From Dehalococcoidia bacterium (GTDB lineage: Bacteria > Chloroflexota > Dehalococcoidia > GIF9 > UBA5629), in the NCBI GenBank assembly GCA_050011565.1, contig JBEKIW010000004.1, forward strand, positions 32,001 to 96,000: a stretch of 64,000 bases of DNA, read 5' to 3'. Under the pieces are notes generated by a model. The model saw only the letters and a program-made list of their open reading frames with translations, had not been told where the DNA came from and did not search any database. This document shows, piece by piece, positions 19,358-28,021 of the stretch. The number at the start of each line of letters is the position of its first letter. The stretch's first letter is position 1. The translations under genes and the position numbers were made by a program.

Positions 19358-20065
19358 CTAATACTGTTTGATAAATTGGCCGTTGTCCTCGTAGAAATAC
19401 CAGGAGCCATTATCAGCTGAGTTTACCGGACAGGTTTTGATTACACTCCACATCCCGTTGCCTAGATATTGAGCAGTAAAAGTCGCTGCGGCGTCCTCAT
19501 ACTGAGGACAGCTGGCAGTACTTCAGCCGGTCCTCATGGTTTGTAACCGACAATCAGGGCTAAGCTGCTTGGCAGCGGCAATGACCTGGTCTATAGTGTA
19601 GGCAGGTGAATCGGAGACGGGTTTTGGTTTCTGTTGCCCGGTCGTGCCAGCCGTAACGGGTGGAGTTGTGGGAGGGGATTGGCCGCCGAAGTTATACCCG
19701 CCAAGCCAGTTAGATGAATCTCCCTGGCTGCTCGTACCAACAGCGTAGATGATTCCTACCAGGAAGAAAATGATGGCTACGACGATAAGATAGCGTCCAA
19801 TATGACCTATAGGCCTTTGTACCTTATATTCTACATCAGCCGCGTTTCTGTAATGGGTGTATTCAACTCCGCTGGCTGGGGGACTGGCATGCTGCGCCAG
19901 GTGGTACAGCTTTCCACCACAATTGGTGCAAAACCCGGATGAAGTTCCAACTGCGGTTCCACAGTGGCGACATCTGTATTCGAAGCGCTGGCCACATGTG
20001 TTGCAGAAATGCTGCCCCACGGGGATTTGAGCACCACACTTAGGACACGGAAACGATTGCTGCAA
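19358..20065 (-). CDS. Double zinc-ribbon membrane protein, predicted selenoprotein (235 aa, Sec at codon 181 if the UGA is read through)
   Basis: N-terminal CxxC x4, TM helix, Pro/Thr linker, then ...SPDCRLQTMRTG-TGA(19523-25)-STASCPQY...GSWYFYEDNGQFIKQY-TAG(19358-60), with a SECIS-like hairpin after the TGA. The part up to 19523 is certain; the extension is predicted. Confidence 0.75.
19493..19509 (-). promoter_or_regulatory. Candidate SECIS hairpin
   Basis: GTCCTCA-GTA-TGAGGAC, a perfect 7-bp stem starting 13 nt after the UGA with a loop beginning in G; lower pairing CTGC/GCAG and AAGT/ACTT. Confidence 0.7.
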
Positions 20066-20388
20066 CTTGGACTCCGTTTCTTCTTATATACATGTTACTG
20101 CGCAATCTAAGCCGTATGCAAATCCGTCCGAAACCAGTTATATACCCGGCGGAAGCAAAGCAGGAAATCTCCATATTTTCGTCATCTTATAGTCCCCTTC
20201 CTTTTATTTAATAGAGGGCAGTTATTATGCAAATCGGGCACCTGGTACTTATGTCTGCATAATTCGTGGTACCTAAGTGTCTCGTGGAAACAGTACTAAT
20301 TCATCATGTTTTGTTTATTGCCCTATGTGAAAATAACAATGTAGATATCAAGCCAACTGATGACACGCTTTATGATAAGGAGGAAGAA

Positions 20389-20523
20389 ATGAGCAAAAGT
20401 AAGAAGTTCATGTCCATCATCGGAGGTGATAAGAAGCTGTTGGGTATGTTGAGTGGCATTGTTATTGATGTTACAGCTCTGGTAGCTATCCTAGTCATGG
20501 CCTGCGTCTGGTATTTGCCATAA
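20389..20523 (+). CDS. Small membrane peptide (44 aa)
   Basis: AAGGAGG RBS then MSKSKKFMSIIGGDKKLLGMLSGIVIDVTALVAILVMACVWYLP*; single hydrophobic helix. Confidence 0.6.
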   Translation: MSKSKKFMSIIGGDKKLLGMLSGIVIDVTALVAILVMACVWYLP

Positions 20524-20554
20524 CTGCCAAAATACCGTTGGGTTTGGAACTCCG

Positions 20555-20638
20555 ATGGTAAGAGAACTTATCGGTGTCATTGGGGGCTTCGTATTTGTTG
20601 CTCTGCTTTTCTGGGCGTGGGCTTGGTATTTTTTGTGA
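20555..20638 (+). CDS. Small membrane peptide (27 aa)
   Basis: MVRELIGVIGGFVFVALLFWAWAWYFL*; almost entirely hydrophobic, resembles the upstream peptide; weak RBS. Confidence 0.45.
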   Translation: MVRELIGVIGGFVFVALLFWAWAWYFL

Positions 20639-20854
20639 TATATATTCTTGCTGGTAATGCCAGCTACTTCTTTACGTGTCTTCCTCCAGACAAAAGCCGT
20701 ACTGAAACCACCTCCTAATTCTATCTGGAATCCCCGATTAAACTACTCAGGCCATCTTTAAAGCGCTTTGTCTGTGTTATTTCCTTTGGTTTGCAGTTAG
20801 CACGTAGGTCAATAAAACTGCAACCTACGCTTTCTTCAACAGCTGTCAAAAAGG

Positions 20855-20951
20855 TGGCGGGAGCGTATGGGGGTCGAACCCACCGGAGACACTATCAATG
20901 CCTCCCGACGGATTTGAAGTCCGCGAAGCCCACCGGGACTCAAACGCTCCC
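20855..20951 (-). tRNA. selC: tRNA-Sec (anticodon UCA)
   Basis: GGGAGCGT...GGACTTCAAATCC...long variable arm...GGGTTCGACCCC...ACGCTCCCGCCA; 8-bp acceptor stem, G73, encoded CCA. Confidence 0.97.
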
Positions 20952-21103
20952 CCAAATATGGTCTTACTCAGGCGTATTCCAGGTCTCAGGACTGGCTCAG
21001 CTAACATAATACCAGATTCGTAAGAGTTATGAAATGACTCATATTCCCGTTAAAATCAAATTTGTTATAATTGCGCTGCATTTAATTTCATACGAGATTA
21101 GGA

Positions 21104-22429
21104 GTGAGCGAGATTTCTAATTCCTTACGCAGAACTGAACCCGGTGTATTAACTCGGTTACAGAAAGCGCGGCGTATACGAGCTATGAGAAAGGCATTTA
21201 GTGTAGTCAGGAAACGACAACAGGCGAATATTCGCCGCATACCTGATCTCGAAGGTCGAAAAAGAAGACTCAGGCAAGCTCGGAAGCGTGCCGTTGGCAG
21301 CGAGGCTCTTCTTAAACAGGCAGTTGAAAACCTGAGGCAAAACGGAATAAAGGTTTACATGGCCGACAGCCGGGAAGAAGCCGTATCGCTGGTTATTAGG
21401 GAAATAGCAGATAACAGGCTGGTAGTTAAGTCAAAGTCGAATTTGACCAAGGAAATCGCGCTAACTGAAGCCCTGGAAGCGGCCGGCACTAAGGTTATAG
21501 AGACCGATATCGGGGACAGGATAATCCAGCTTTGCGGGGATGTGCCATCACATCCAACAGGTCCGGCCAGCCATTTAACAAAGCATGACATAGCTGAAAT
21601 CCTATCTGCTCACCTGGGCAGGAAAGTGGAACCGAACGCTGAGACGCTGGTTCAGCTGATTAAGGAAGAGATATATACATATATTGGCGAGTCTACTATA
21701 GGAATAACGGGGGCCAATGCCATTGTTGCTGAGGATGGAGTTGTATTGCTGCTGCATAATGAGGGAAATATTCTGCAGGTGTCAACGAGGCCGGAAAAGC
21801 ATATTATCCTTGCCGGGATAGATAAAATATACCGGAATACGGAAGACGCCCTGAATATGGTGAAGCTCCAGACATTTTGCGCCACAGGCTCCCTGGCCAC
21901 TTCATTCGTAAATATAATCAGTAGCCCAAGCCAGACCGCTGACATTGAAAAGCAGTTAATCAAAGGTGTCCATGGGCCCAGGGAACTGTGTGTCATTCTG
22001 GTTGATAACAACAGAAGCAACATAGCGAAGAGCGAATATAAAGATTTACTCTACTGTATAGGTTGTGGTCAGTGTCTGCTGGTTTGTCCTGCCTACGGAG
22101 TCTATGGTAATAGATTTGGCATGGATAGCCAGCTTGGGGGAAGGGGATTAGTTTATTCTGCCTTGAGCAGCGAGACATCTGTTAATAGTATTAAAGGGCT
22201 GGACCTGTGTCTTGGCTGCCGGAAGTGCCAGCAGAACTGCCCTGTAGCCATAGATATTCCTTCTATGGTTACAAAGATGCGTTTAGAAAGGCAAAGTAAG
22301 ATTCTGGAACCACATCTGCAGACCGCGTATGATTTTATTCGCGCCCATGTAGAATGGATAGGCAGTGCTTTACGCCTCGAAATGCTGTTGCTGGCATTAA
22401 AATTGTCACCAAAGGCGGATAACGATTAA
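21104..22429 (+). CDS. LUD-domain/LutB-like iron-sulfur protein
   Basis: VKSKSN, ETDIGDRI, HPTGPASH, GITGAN, NEGN, GVHGPREL, two CxxCxxCxxxCP ferredoxin motifs. Confidence 0.85.
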   Translation: MSEISNSLRRTEPGVLTRLQKARRIRAMRKAFSVVRKRQQANIRRIPDLEGRKRRLRQARKRAVGSEALLKQAVENLRQNGIKVYMADSREEAVSLVIREIADNRLVVKSKSNLTKEIALTEALEAAGTKVIETDIGDRIIQLCGDVPSHPTGPASHLTKHDIAEILSAHLGRKVEPNAETLVQLIKEEIYTYIGESTIGITGANAIVAEDGVVLLLHNEGNILQVSTRPEKHIILAGIDKIYRNTEDALNMVKLQTFCATGSLATSFVNIISSPSQTADIEKQLIKGVHGPRELCVILVDNNRSNIAKSEYKDLLYCIGCGQCLLVCPAYGVYGNRFGMDSQLGGRGLVYSALSSETSVNSIKGLDLCLGCRKCQQNCPVAIDIPSMVTKMRLERQSKILEPHLQTAYDFIRAHVEWIGSALRLEMLLLALKLSPKADND

Positions 22430-22453
22430 CGGCCCACTAACCTTAAGCAACTA

Positions 22454-22546
22454 TTACTGACTTATGGGCAGTTCTACCACGAATATAGCTCCTTTGTTTG
22501 GTTCGCTCCTTGATTTCAAAGTGCATCCGCAAGTAGACTTTATCAT
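22454..22546 (-). pseudogene. Remnant of a histidine kinase C-terminus
   Basis: ...SEPNKGAIFVVELPISQ* closely matches SEPGKGATFIVELPISRE* of the kinase at 23514-25421. Confidence 0.55.
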
Positions 22547-22699
22547 TGCGTGTATACTGGCCCCCTTTACTTAAGGCTATTATGCCGCTAAAATAATGGG
22601 CGAGGTTCTCAGGCTAAAGTTACCGCGATAGCAGCGAGTTTCATAAGCTTTCCGAGTCTATTTGTTTCACATCAGTATTACATCTTCGGGAGGAATAAA

Positions 22700-23452
22700 T
22701 TGGCAGATTTTACAGGTAAAGTTATAATAGTCACCGGCGGCAGCTCAGGCATCGGCCGTGCTGCTGCTATTTTGTTCGGTAAGCGTGGTGGCAAGGTTGT
22801 AGTTGCCGCCCGGCGCATCAATAAAGGCGAGGAAACCGTACAAATGATAAAAGAGGCTGGCGGCGAGGGCATGTTTGTGCAAACGGATGTCAGAATTGCT
22901 GCACAGGTAGAAAACATGGTCAAGAAAACGGTTGATACTTACGGCAGGCTTGATATTGCTTTCAATAATGCCGGTAAGGCCGGCATTTTTCAAAGTCTGG
23001 TCGAGGAGACGGAGGAAGCATTCTACGAGCAGATAGATACTAACCTCAAGGGCGTCTGGCTGTGTATGAAGTACGAGATTCCTGAGATGCTCAAACAGGG
23101 CGGTGGCGCCATAGTCAATAATTCTTCCATCACCGGCCTCAGGGCTTTGCGCAAGATCGCCGCTTACAGCGCCAGCAAGCACGCTGTGGTCGGGCTGACC
23201 AATGCGGCGGCAAAGGAATTTGCTCCCTACAATATCCGTATCGTAGCCATATGCCCGGCCTGGACCATGACGGAAATGACTAAGGAATTCACCATCGACC
23301 CGAAGCGCAAAGTCAAAACTGAGGGTACCATCCCGCTGCGCAGAATAGCCCAGCCCGAGGAGATTGCCGAACTGGCGTGCTTCCTGGCGTCGGATAAGGC
23401 GTCTTTTATCGCGGGAGGCGCCATCGCCATCTCCGGCGGGCTGGATATCTAA
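22700..23452 (+). CDS. SDR family oxidoreductase
   Basis: TGGSSGIG, NNAG, YSASK. Confidence 0.92.
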   Translation: MADFTGKVIIVTGGSSGIGRAAAILFGKRGGKVVVAARRINKGEETVQMIKEAGGEGMFVQTDVRIAAQVENMVKKTVDTYGRLDIAFNNAGKAGIFQSLVEETEEAFYEQIDTNLKGVWLCMKYEIPEMLKQGGGAIVNNSSITGLRALRKIAAYSASKHAVVGLTNAAAKEFAPYNIRIVAICPAWTMTEMTKEFTIDPKRKVKTEGTIPLRRIAQPEEIAELACFLASDKASFIAGGAIAISGGLDI

Positions 23453-23513
23453 CTCAGGCCCTCTGTCGTTGCGTTCACGAATTGATGAAACATAGATATC
23501 CCTGCGATATCAA

Positions 23514-25421
23514 CTATTCCCTACTTATGGGAAGCTCTACTATAAAAGTTGCTCCCTTCCCAGGTTCACTTTCGACGTATATGTTGCCACCATGTTCTGT
23601 CACTATGCTGTGACAGATGCTCAAACCCAGCCCAATGCCCTGGCCTACTTCTTTGGTGGTGAAAAAGGGGTTGAATATCTGCCCAAGGTTTTCGGGTGGT
23701 ATGCCGGGACCATCATCGGCAAATGAGGCTCTGATGACATCTCCTTTGCTCTCGGTGGTAATGGTCAGCGTGCCTTTTTTGTGTGCCTGGAACATAAAAT
23801 ATTCGGCATCGATGATGATATTCAGGAAAACCTGCCGCATTTGAGTTGGGCCAACCATAACCAGCGGTAGCTCGGGATCGAAGTTGGTCTTCACCTTGAT
23901 GTTTGTGTTCTTCTGTTCATATTGCCGCAGTTTAAGCACATCTTTGATAAAGCTGTTTATGTCAGAGAGTTGCATTTGCAGCGGCCGCTTGAGAGCGAAG
24001 ACCATAAAGTTCTTAATAACTTCAGAGGCACGCTGGGCTTCTTCATAAATGCCTGTCAGGTCGGTCCTGACATCTTCAGACAGGTCTTTTCTATCCAATA
24101 GCAGCTGGGCATAGCCGATGACGCCGGTCAATGGGTTATTAAGCTCATGGGCGAAGCCTCCTGCCATATTGCCGAGGGCAGCCAACCGGTCGGTGACAGT
24201 CAGGCTGTCCAGCGTTTTCTTTTGCTCGGTGATGTCAGATAAGACACCGGTGATACCTATTACCTGCCCGTGTTGCATCCGTTGGCGGCTGTTGGTGCGC
24301 GTGTAGCGAATGCTACCGTCTTTGTCTAAAACCCGAAACTCAAAAGGCTTAAGTATGCCAGCCAGGACACGTTGGAAGCTGGATATTAAACCGGGCATGT
24401 CATCCGGGTGGACAAAACGACTGAAATTCTGACCTTTCAATTCGTCCGCCTTGTATTTACCAATCCGTTCTATAGCCGGGCTGATGTAGGTTATGTTGCC
24501 CTCTGTATCCACTTCGAATATGACGTCGTTAATATTTTCAACCAGATTCTGATATCTCTCCTGGGATTGCTGCAGTGTTTCCTCGGCCAGCTTGCGCTCG
24601 GTGATGTCCTGCACAATACCGAATAGTTTGACGACCCGACCGTAAGCATCCTTAATAGGTTGCATTGTCGCTGAATAGAAAACATGTCGCCCGCTTGGTA
24701 AGTCAGCTTCCAAGTCGTATTTAAAATCTTTACCTTCCTCGATAGCACAGCGTGCATATTCGCGCAATTTTAGGCCTTGCTCTTGAGAGTAATAGGAAGC
24801 TTCTTCCTCAGCAGTGGGTGGACCCAAAGCAGGGTCGCGATCGTAGATCTTGTATGTGTTGTCAGACCACGTGATTTTTTGGCTTTCGACATCAAATTCC
24901 CAGCTTCCAATCCGTCCCGATATTTGGGCCTCCTTTAACTTTGCCTCACTCTGCCGCAGTGCTTCTTCGGCCTGCTTGCGCTCGGATATATCACGGATAA
25001 CGGCTGTAAAAAAGACTCCTTCTCCCGTCTTCCATTTTGCCATAGAAAGCTCCAGCGGAAATTGGCTCTTGTTTTTTCTGAGTCCAATCACCTCAACGGT
25101 TTTACTGATGATTCTTGGCTTGCCACCTGACGTTATACTCTTTAGTCTGCTTATGTGGGTGTCTTGGAATCGCTCGGGCATGATGATGGTAAGTGATTTC
25201 CCCACCATTTCTTTTGCAGTATATCCAAATATTTTTTCGGCGGCGCGATTCCAGAGAACTACTTTCCCCTGTGAGTCAATAGTGACCATACCATCCGGTA
25301 TACTTTCTGCTATAGAGCGGTAACGTTGTTCTCTATATTCTAATTCTTTAAGGGTCTGTGACCGTTCAGGATGTGTGGGCGTCTTTCTAGGTTTCCGCGT
25401 TTTTGACTTTGCAACCTTCAT
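23514..25421 (-). CDS. Cytoplasmic multi-PAS sensor histidine kinase
   Basis: Three PAS/PAC domains, AHELNNPL H-box, DDGPGI, PFFTTK, GIGLGL; no TM segment; no adjacent response regulator. Confidence 0.93.
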   Translation of the reverse strand: MKVAKSKTRKPRKTPTHPERSQTLKELEYREQRYRSIAESIPDGMVTIDSQGKVVLWNRAAEKIFGYTAKEMVGKSLTIIMPERFQDTHISRLKSITSGGKPRIISKTVEVIGLRKNKSQFPLELSMAKWKTGEGVFFTAVIRDISERKQAEEALRQSEAKLKEAQISGRIGSWEFDVESQKITWSDNTYKIYDRDPALGPPTAEEEASYYSQEQGLKLREYARCAIEEGKDFKYDLEADLPSGRHVFYSATMQPIKDAYGRVVKLFGIVQDITERKLAEETLQQSQERYQNLVENINDVIFEVDTEGNITYISPAIERIGKYKADELKGQNFSRFVHPDDMPGLISSFQRVLAGILKPFEFRVLDKDGSIRYTRTNSRQRMQHGQVIGITGVLSDITEQKKTLDSLTVTDRLAALGNMAGGFAHELNNPLTGVIGYAQLLLDRKDLSEDVRTDLTGIYEEAQRASEVIKNFMVFALKRPLQMQLSDINSFIKDVLKLRQYEQKNTNIKVKTNFDPELPLVMVGPTQMRQVFLNIIIDAEYFMFQAHKKGTLTITTESKGDVIRASFADDGPGIPPENLGQIFNPFFTTKEVGQGIGLGLSICHSIVTEHGGNIYVESEPGKGATFIVELPISRE

Positions 25422-25633
25422 ATTATGTTCTCTGTCTCCGACGGTGCTATATGTCTGGAATACCCCAGCATAAATTTACTTGGCTTCCTTTATATTATAT
25501 ATATTTGCTGATAAGGCTTATATTTGTCAAGTTTGTTCTGATGTGAACTGACTAGCGGAATACGTTACAGTGACATAGTTTTACGGTTGTTGTAAAATCA
25601 AGCTTAGGTGAAGAGATAGAAGGAGTCGGGTGA

Positions 25634-25867
25634 ATGGAGCTATACGTCTTGACTCAATCCGGTAGAAAGGCAATATCGGTGCTCAGGAAGGCGGGTGATG
25701 AGCTGGACGCAAACCTGCTTGAATACCTGGGCATGGCCGAAGGTGCCACGGTGGAACAATTTGCTGATGCCATGAAATTGGATGAGAAGATGGCGTATGA
25801 TAAGCTGAGGTCGTTCAGCGCTAAAAGATGGGCCTGGCGCAAGATGACCAAGCTGGCGAGATTCTAA
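25634..25867 (+). CDS. Small hypothetical protein, possible wHTH
   Basis: 77 aa with AAGGAG RBS; LLEYL...ATVEQFADAMKL pattern. Confidence 0.6.
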   Translation: MELYVLTQSGRKAISVLRKAGDELDANLLEYLGMAEGATVEQFADAMKLDEKMAYDKLRSFSAKRWAWRKMTKLARF

Positions 25868-25925
25868 TTTTGCAGGAGAATCAGTTTTTCCTTCTTAGAC
25901 AGATTGTGATTTAAGGAATACGCGA

Positions 25926-26156
25926 ATGATGCTGCGAAAGCGTTGCGCTTACTGCCGTGGACAGGGTTCGGTATCTGGCTCTGAAGGGCCTTCCGCTCCG
26001 CCTGAGCCATGCCCGGTTTGTAATCAACGGGGCTATAATCTGGTGCCGGGCGGCGCTGCACTATGCGGTTTATGTCAGGGTAGCGGGCGAGTACCTGCTG
26101 GAGGTGGAAGTTGGAGGCCCTGTCCTGACTGTAATGGTATTGGCTTCAAATGGTGA
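25926..26156 (+). CDS. Stand-alone DnaJ-type cysteine-rich zinc-finger protein
   Basis: Four CxxCxxxG repeats (CAYCRGQG, CPVCNQRG, CGLCQGSG, CPDCNGIG); AAGGA RBS. Confidence 0.75.
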   Translation: MMLRKRCAYCRGQGSVSGSEGPSAPPEPCPVCNQRGYNLVPGGAALCGLCQGSGRVPAGGGSWRPCPDCNGIGFKW

Positions 26157-26181
26157 TGACGCTCAATTAACCGGTTGATGG

Positions 26182-26964
26182 ATGATAGACATGGCCGAGA
26201 TTGAGATACTGTGCTGGAATGTTAATGGTATCCGGGCGCTAAGGGGTAGGGGCTTTCTGGATTGGCTGCAGAAAGAATCTCCGGATATTCTTTGTCTTCA
26301 GGAAACGAAAGCACATCTTGACCAGCTTGATAATGATTTGCGTGAGCCGCCGAGCTATAAAACTTACTGGAATTATCCCGAAAGAAAAGGCTATGGGGGA
26401 GTTGCCACTTTTACCAAGACGGAGCCTGTCGCCGTGAAGTACGATCTTGAGCGTGTGGGGTTGGACCTAGAGGGGAGAGTCATAATAACTGAATATACTG
26501 ATTTCATTTTAATGAATATATATTTCCCAAACGGGAAAATGGGTGATGAGCGATTAAAATACAAGATGGATTTCTATGACGCTTTTCTTGATTTTACTGA
26601 TTCCCTGAAAGCAAAAGGAAGAAAGCTGATTATATGTGGCGATTTTAACACTGCCCATAAGGAGATAGACATAGCCAGACCGAAAGAGAATGAACGTGTC
26701 TCCGGATTCTTGCCCATGGAGAGAGCCTGGATGGACAAGTTTGTATCCCATGGTTATGTTGATACATTTCGCAATTTCAACAAAGAGCCGAATCAATATA
26801 CCTGGTGGGATATGAAGACAAGAGCCCGAGAGAGAAATGTGGGTTGGAGAATTGACTATTTTTTCGTAACTGAAAACCTGCTGCCGGCGGTTTCAAAGGC
26901 GTTTATTATGACCGAGGTGACAGGTTCTGACCATTGCCCCGCTGGAATAATATTGAAGCTATAA
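26182..26964 (+). CDS. xth: Exodeoxyribonuclease III / AP endonuclease
   Basis: WNVNGIRA, LCLQETK, YFPNG, GDFNTAH, GWRIDYF, SDHCP. Confidence 0.96.
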   Translation: MIDMAEIEILCWNVNGIRALRGRGFLDWLQKESPDILCLQETKAHLDQLDNDLREPPSYKTYWNYPERKGYGGVATFTKTEPVAVKYDLERVGLDLEGRVIITEYTDFILMNIYFPNGKMGDERLKYKMDFYDAFLDFTDSLKAKGRKLIICGDFNTAHKEIDIARPKENERVSGFLPMERAWMDKFVSHGYVDTFRNFNKEPNQYTWWDMKTRARERNVGWRIDYFFVTENLLPAVSKAFIMTEVTGSDHCPAGIILKL

Positions 26965-27062
26965 GCTAAGGGGAGCAGCGCTACGACCTTCACCAATGTT
27001 GTGGCTGCGCCCGTCATCATAATATCCACCTGAGAAATAGCGGCACAAGTGATTGGACTCGC

Positions 27063-27830
27063 TTAAGTCGTCAATGTTCCGCCATCGACAACTATGGTTG
27101 TTCCGGTTACGTATCTGGAGGCATCAGAAGCCAGATAAATCATAGCGCCGACGATTTCATCAGGGTCGCCGATACGTCTCATCGGTACTCTCTCTAAAAA
27201 TACTTTTTTATAATCCGGCATTGCCTCGAAGATAGAATCACCGAGGCGTGTATGTATGTGACCGGGGGCTATGGCATTTACCCTTATATTATATTTAGCC
27301 CATTCCTCGGCCATAATTTTGGTCGCCTGTACTACAGCGGCCTTGCTGATTGAATACACACCGATATTAGGTTCGTGCATATAGCCATCTACTGAGGCAA
27401 CGTTGATAATAGTGCCGCCATGCTCCTTCATTATCTTGGCTACAGCCTGACTGAGGAATACCAGGCCCTTCAGATTTAGATTCATGATTGAATCCCATAG
27501 CCGTTCCTCTATGTCGAGCATCCCACTTAAGGCTGGGCTGGTGCCGGCATCATTTACCAATATATCAATTCTGCCGAACTCCTTGTGAACCGTCTGTACC
27601 AGGTTCTTTATCTGTTCCAGCTTGCCTACATGTGCTGCTACCGGAAGGGCTTTTCTCCCCAAGCCCCTTATCTCATCGGCTACTATTTCCAGGTCAGGAA
27701 GCGTTCGGCTGGCAATGGCAACATCGGCACCGGCTCTGGCAAAGCCGAGAGCAGTGGCTTTACCGATACCGCGACTGCCGCCGGTTATAAGAGCTACCTT
27801 CCCATCCAAAGAGAAGTCTGGTTGTGTCAT
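27063..27830 (-). CDS. SDR family oxidoreductase
   Basis: TGGSRGIG, YSISK, IRVNAIAPG. Confidence 0.92.
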   Translation of the reverse strand: MTQPDFSLDGKVALITGGSRGIGKATALGFARAGADVAIASRTLPDLEIVADEIRGLGRKALPVAAHVGKLEQIKNLVQTVHKEFGRIDILVNDAGTSPALSGMLDIEERLWDSIMNLNLKGLVFLSQAVAKIMKEHGGTIINVASVDGYMHEPNIGVYSISKAAVVQATKIMAEEWAKYNIRVNAIAPGHIHTRLGDSIFEAMPDYKKVFLERVPMRRIGDPDEIVGAMIYLASDASRYVTGTTIVVDGGTLTT

Positions 27831-28021
27831 TTCCTCACCTCATTGGAATATTTGATGTTTTCGATTTGATGCTCTCATGGAAAAACGAATAGCGGCCGTA
27901 ATATGTACATTATATTAAGTGCAGGTCAAGCAGCTAATTAAACTACGGGTTCTCTGAGATACCCGGTCAGCACTTTGCACAGAGCCTAAACCTTACTCAG
28001 CTAGCTTATATAAGGCCAAAT

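Noticed and set aside
20636-20761. TGA of the 27-aa peptide followed by a hairpin and about 40 open codons
   Set aside because: The loop lacks a leading G and the hairpin is followed by a T-rich tract, which fits a terminator better than a SECIS.
20791-21009. 72-aa plus-strand ORF
   Set aside because: Antisense to tRNA-Sec; no coding signal.
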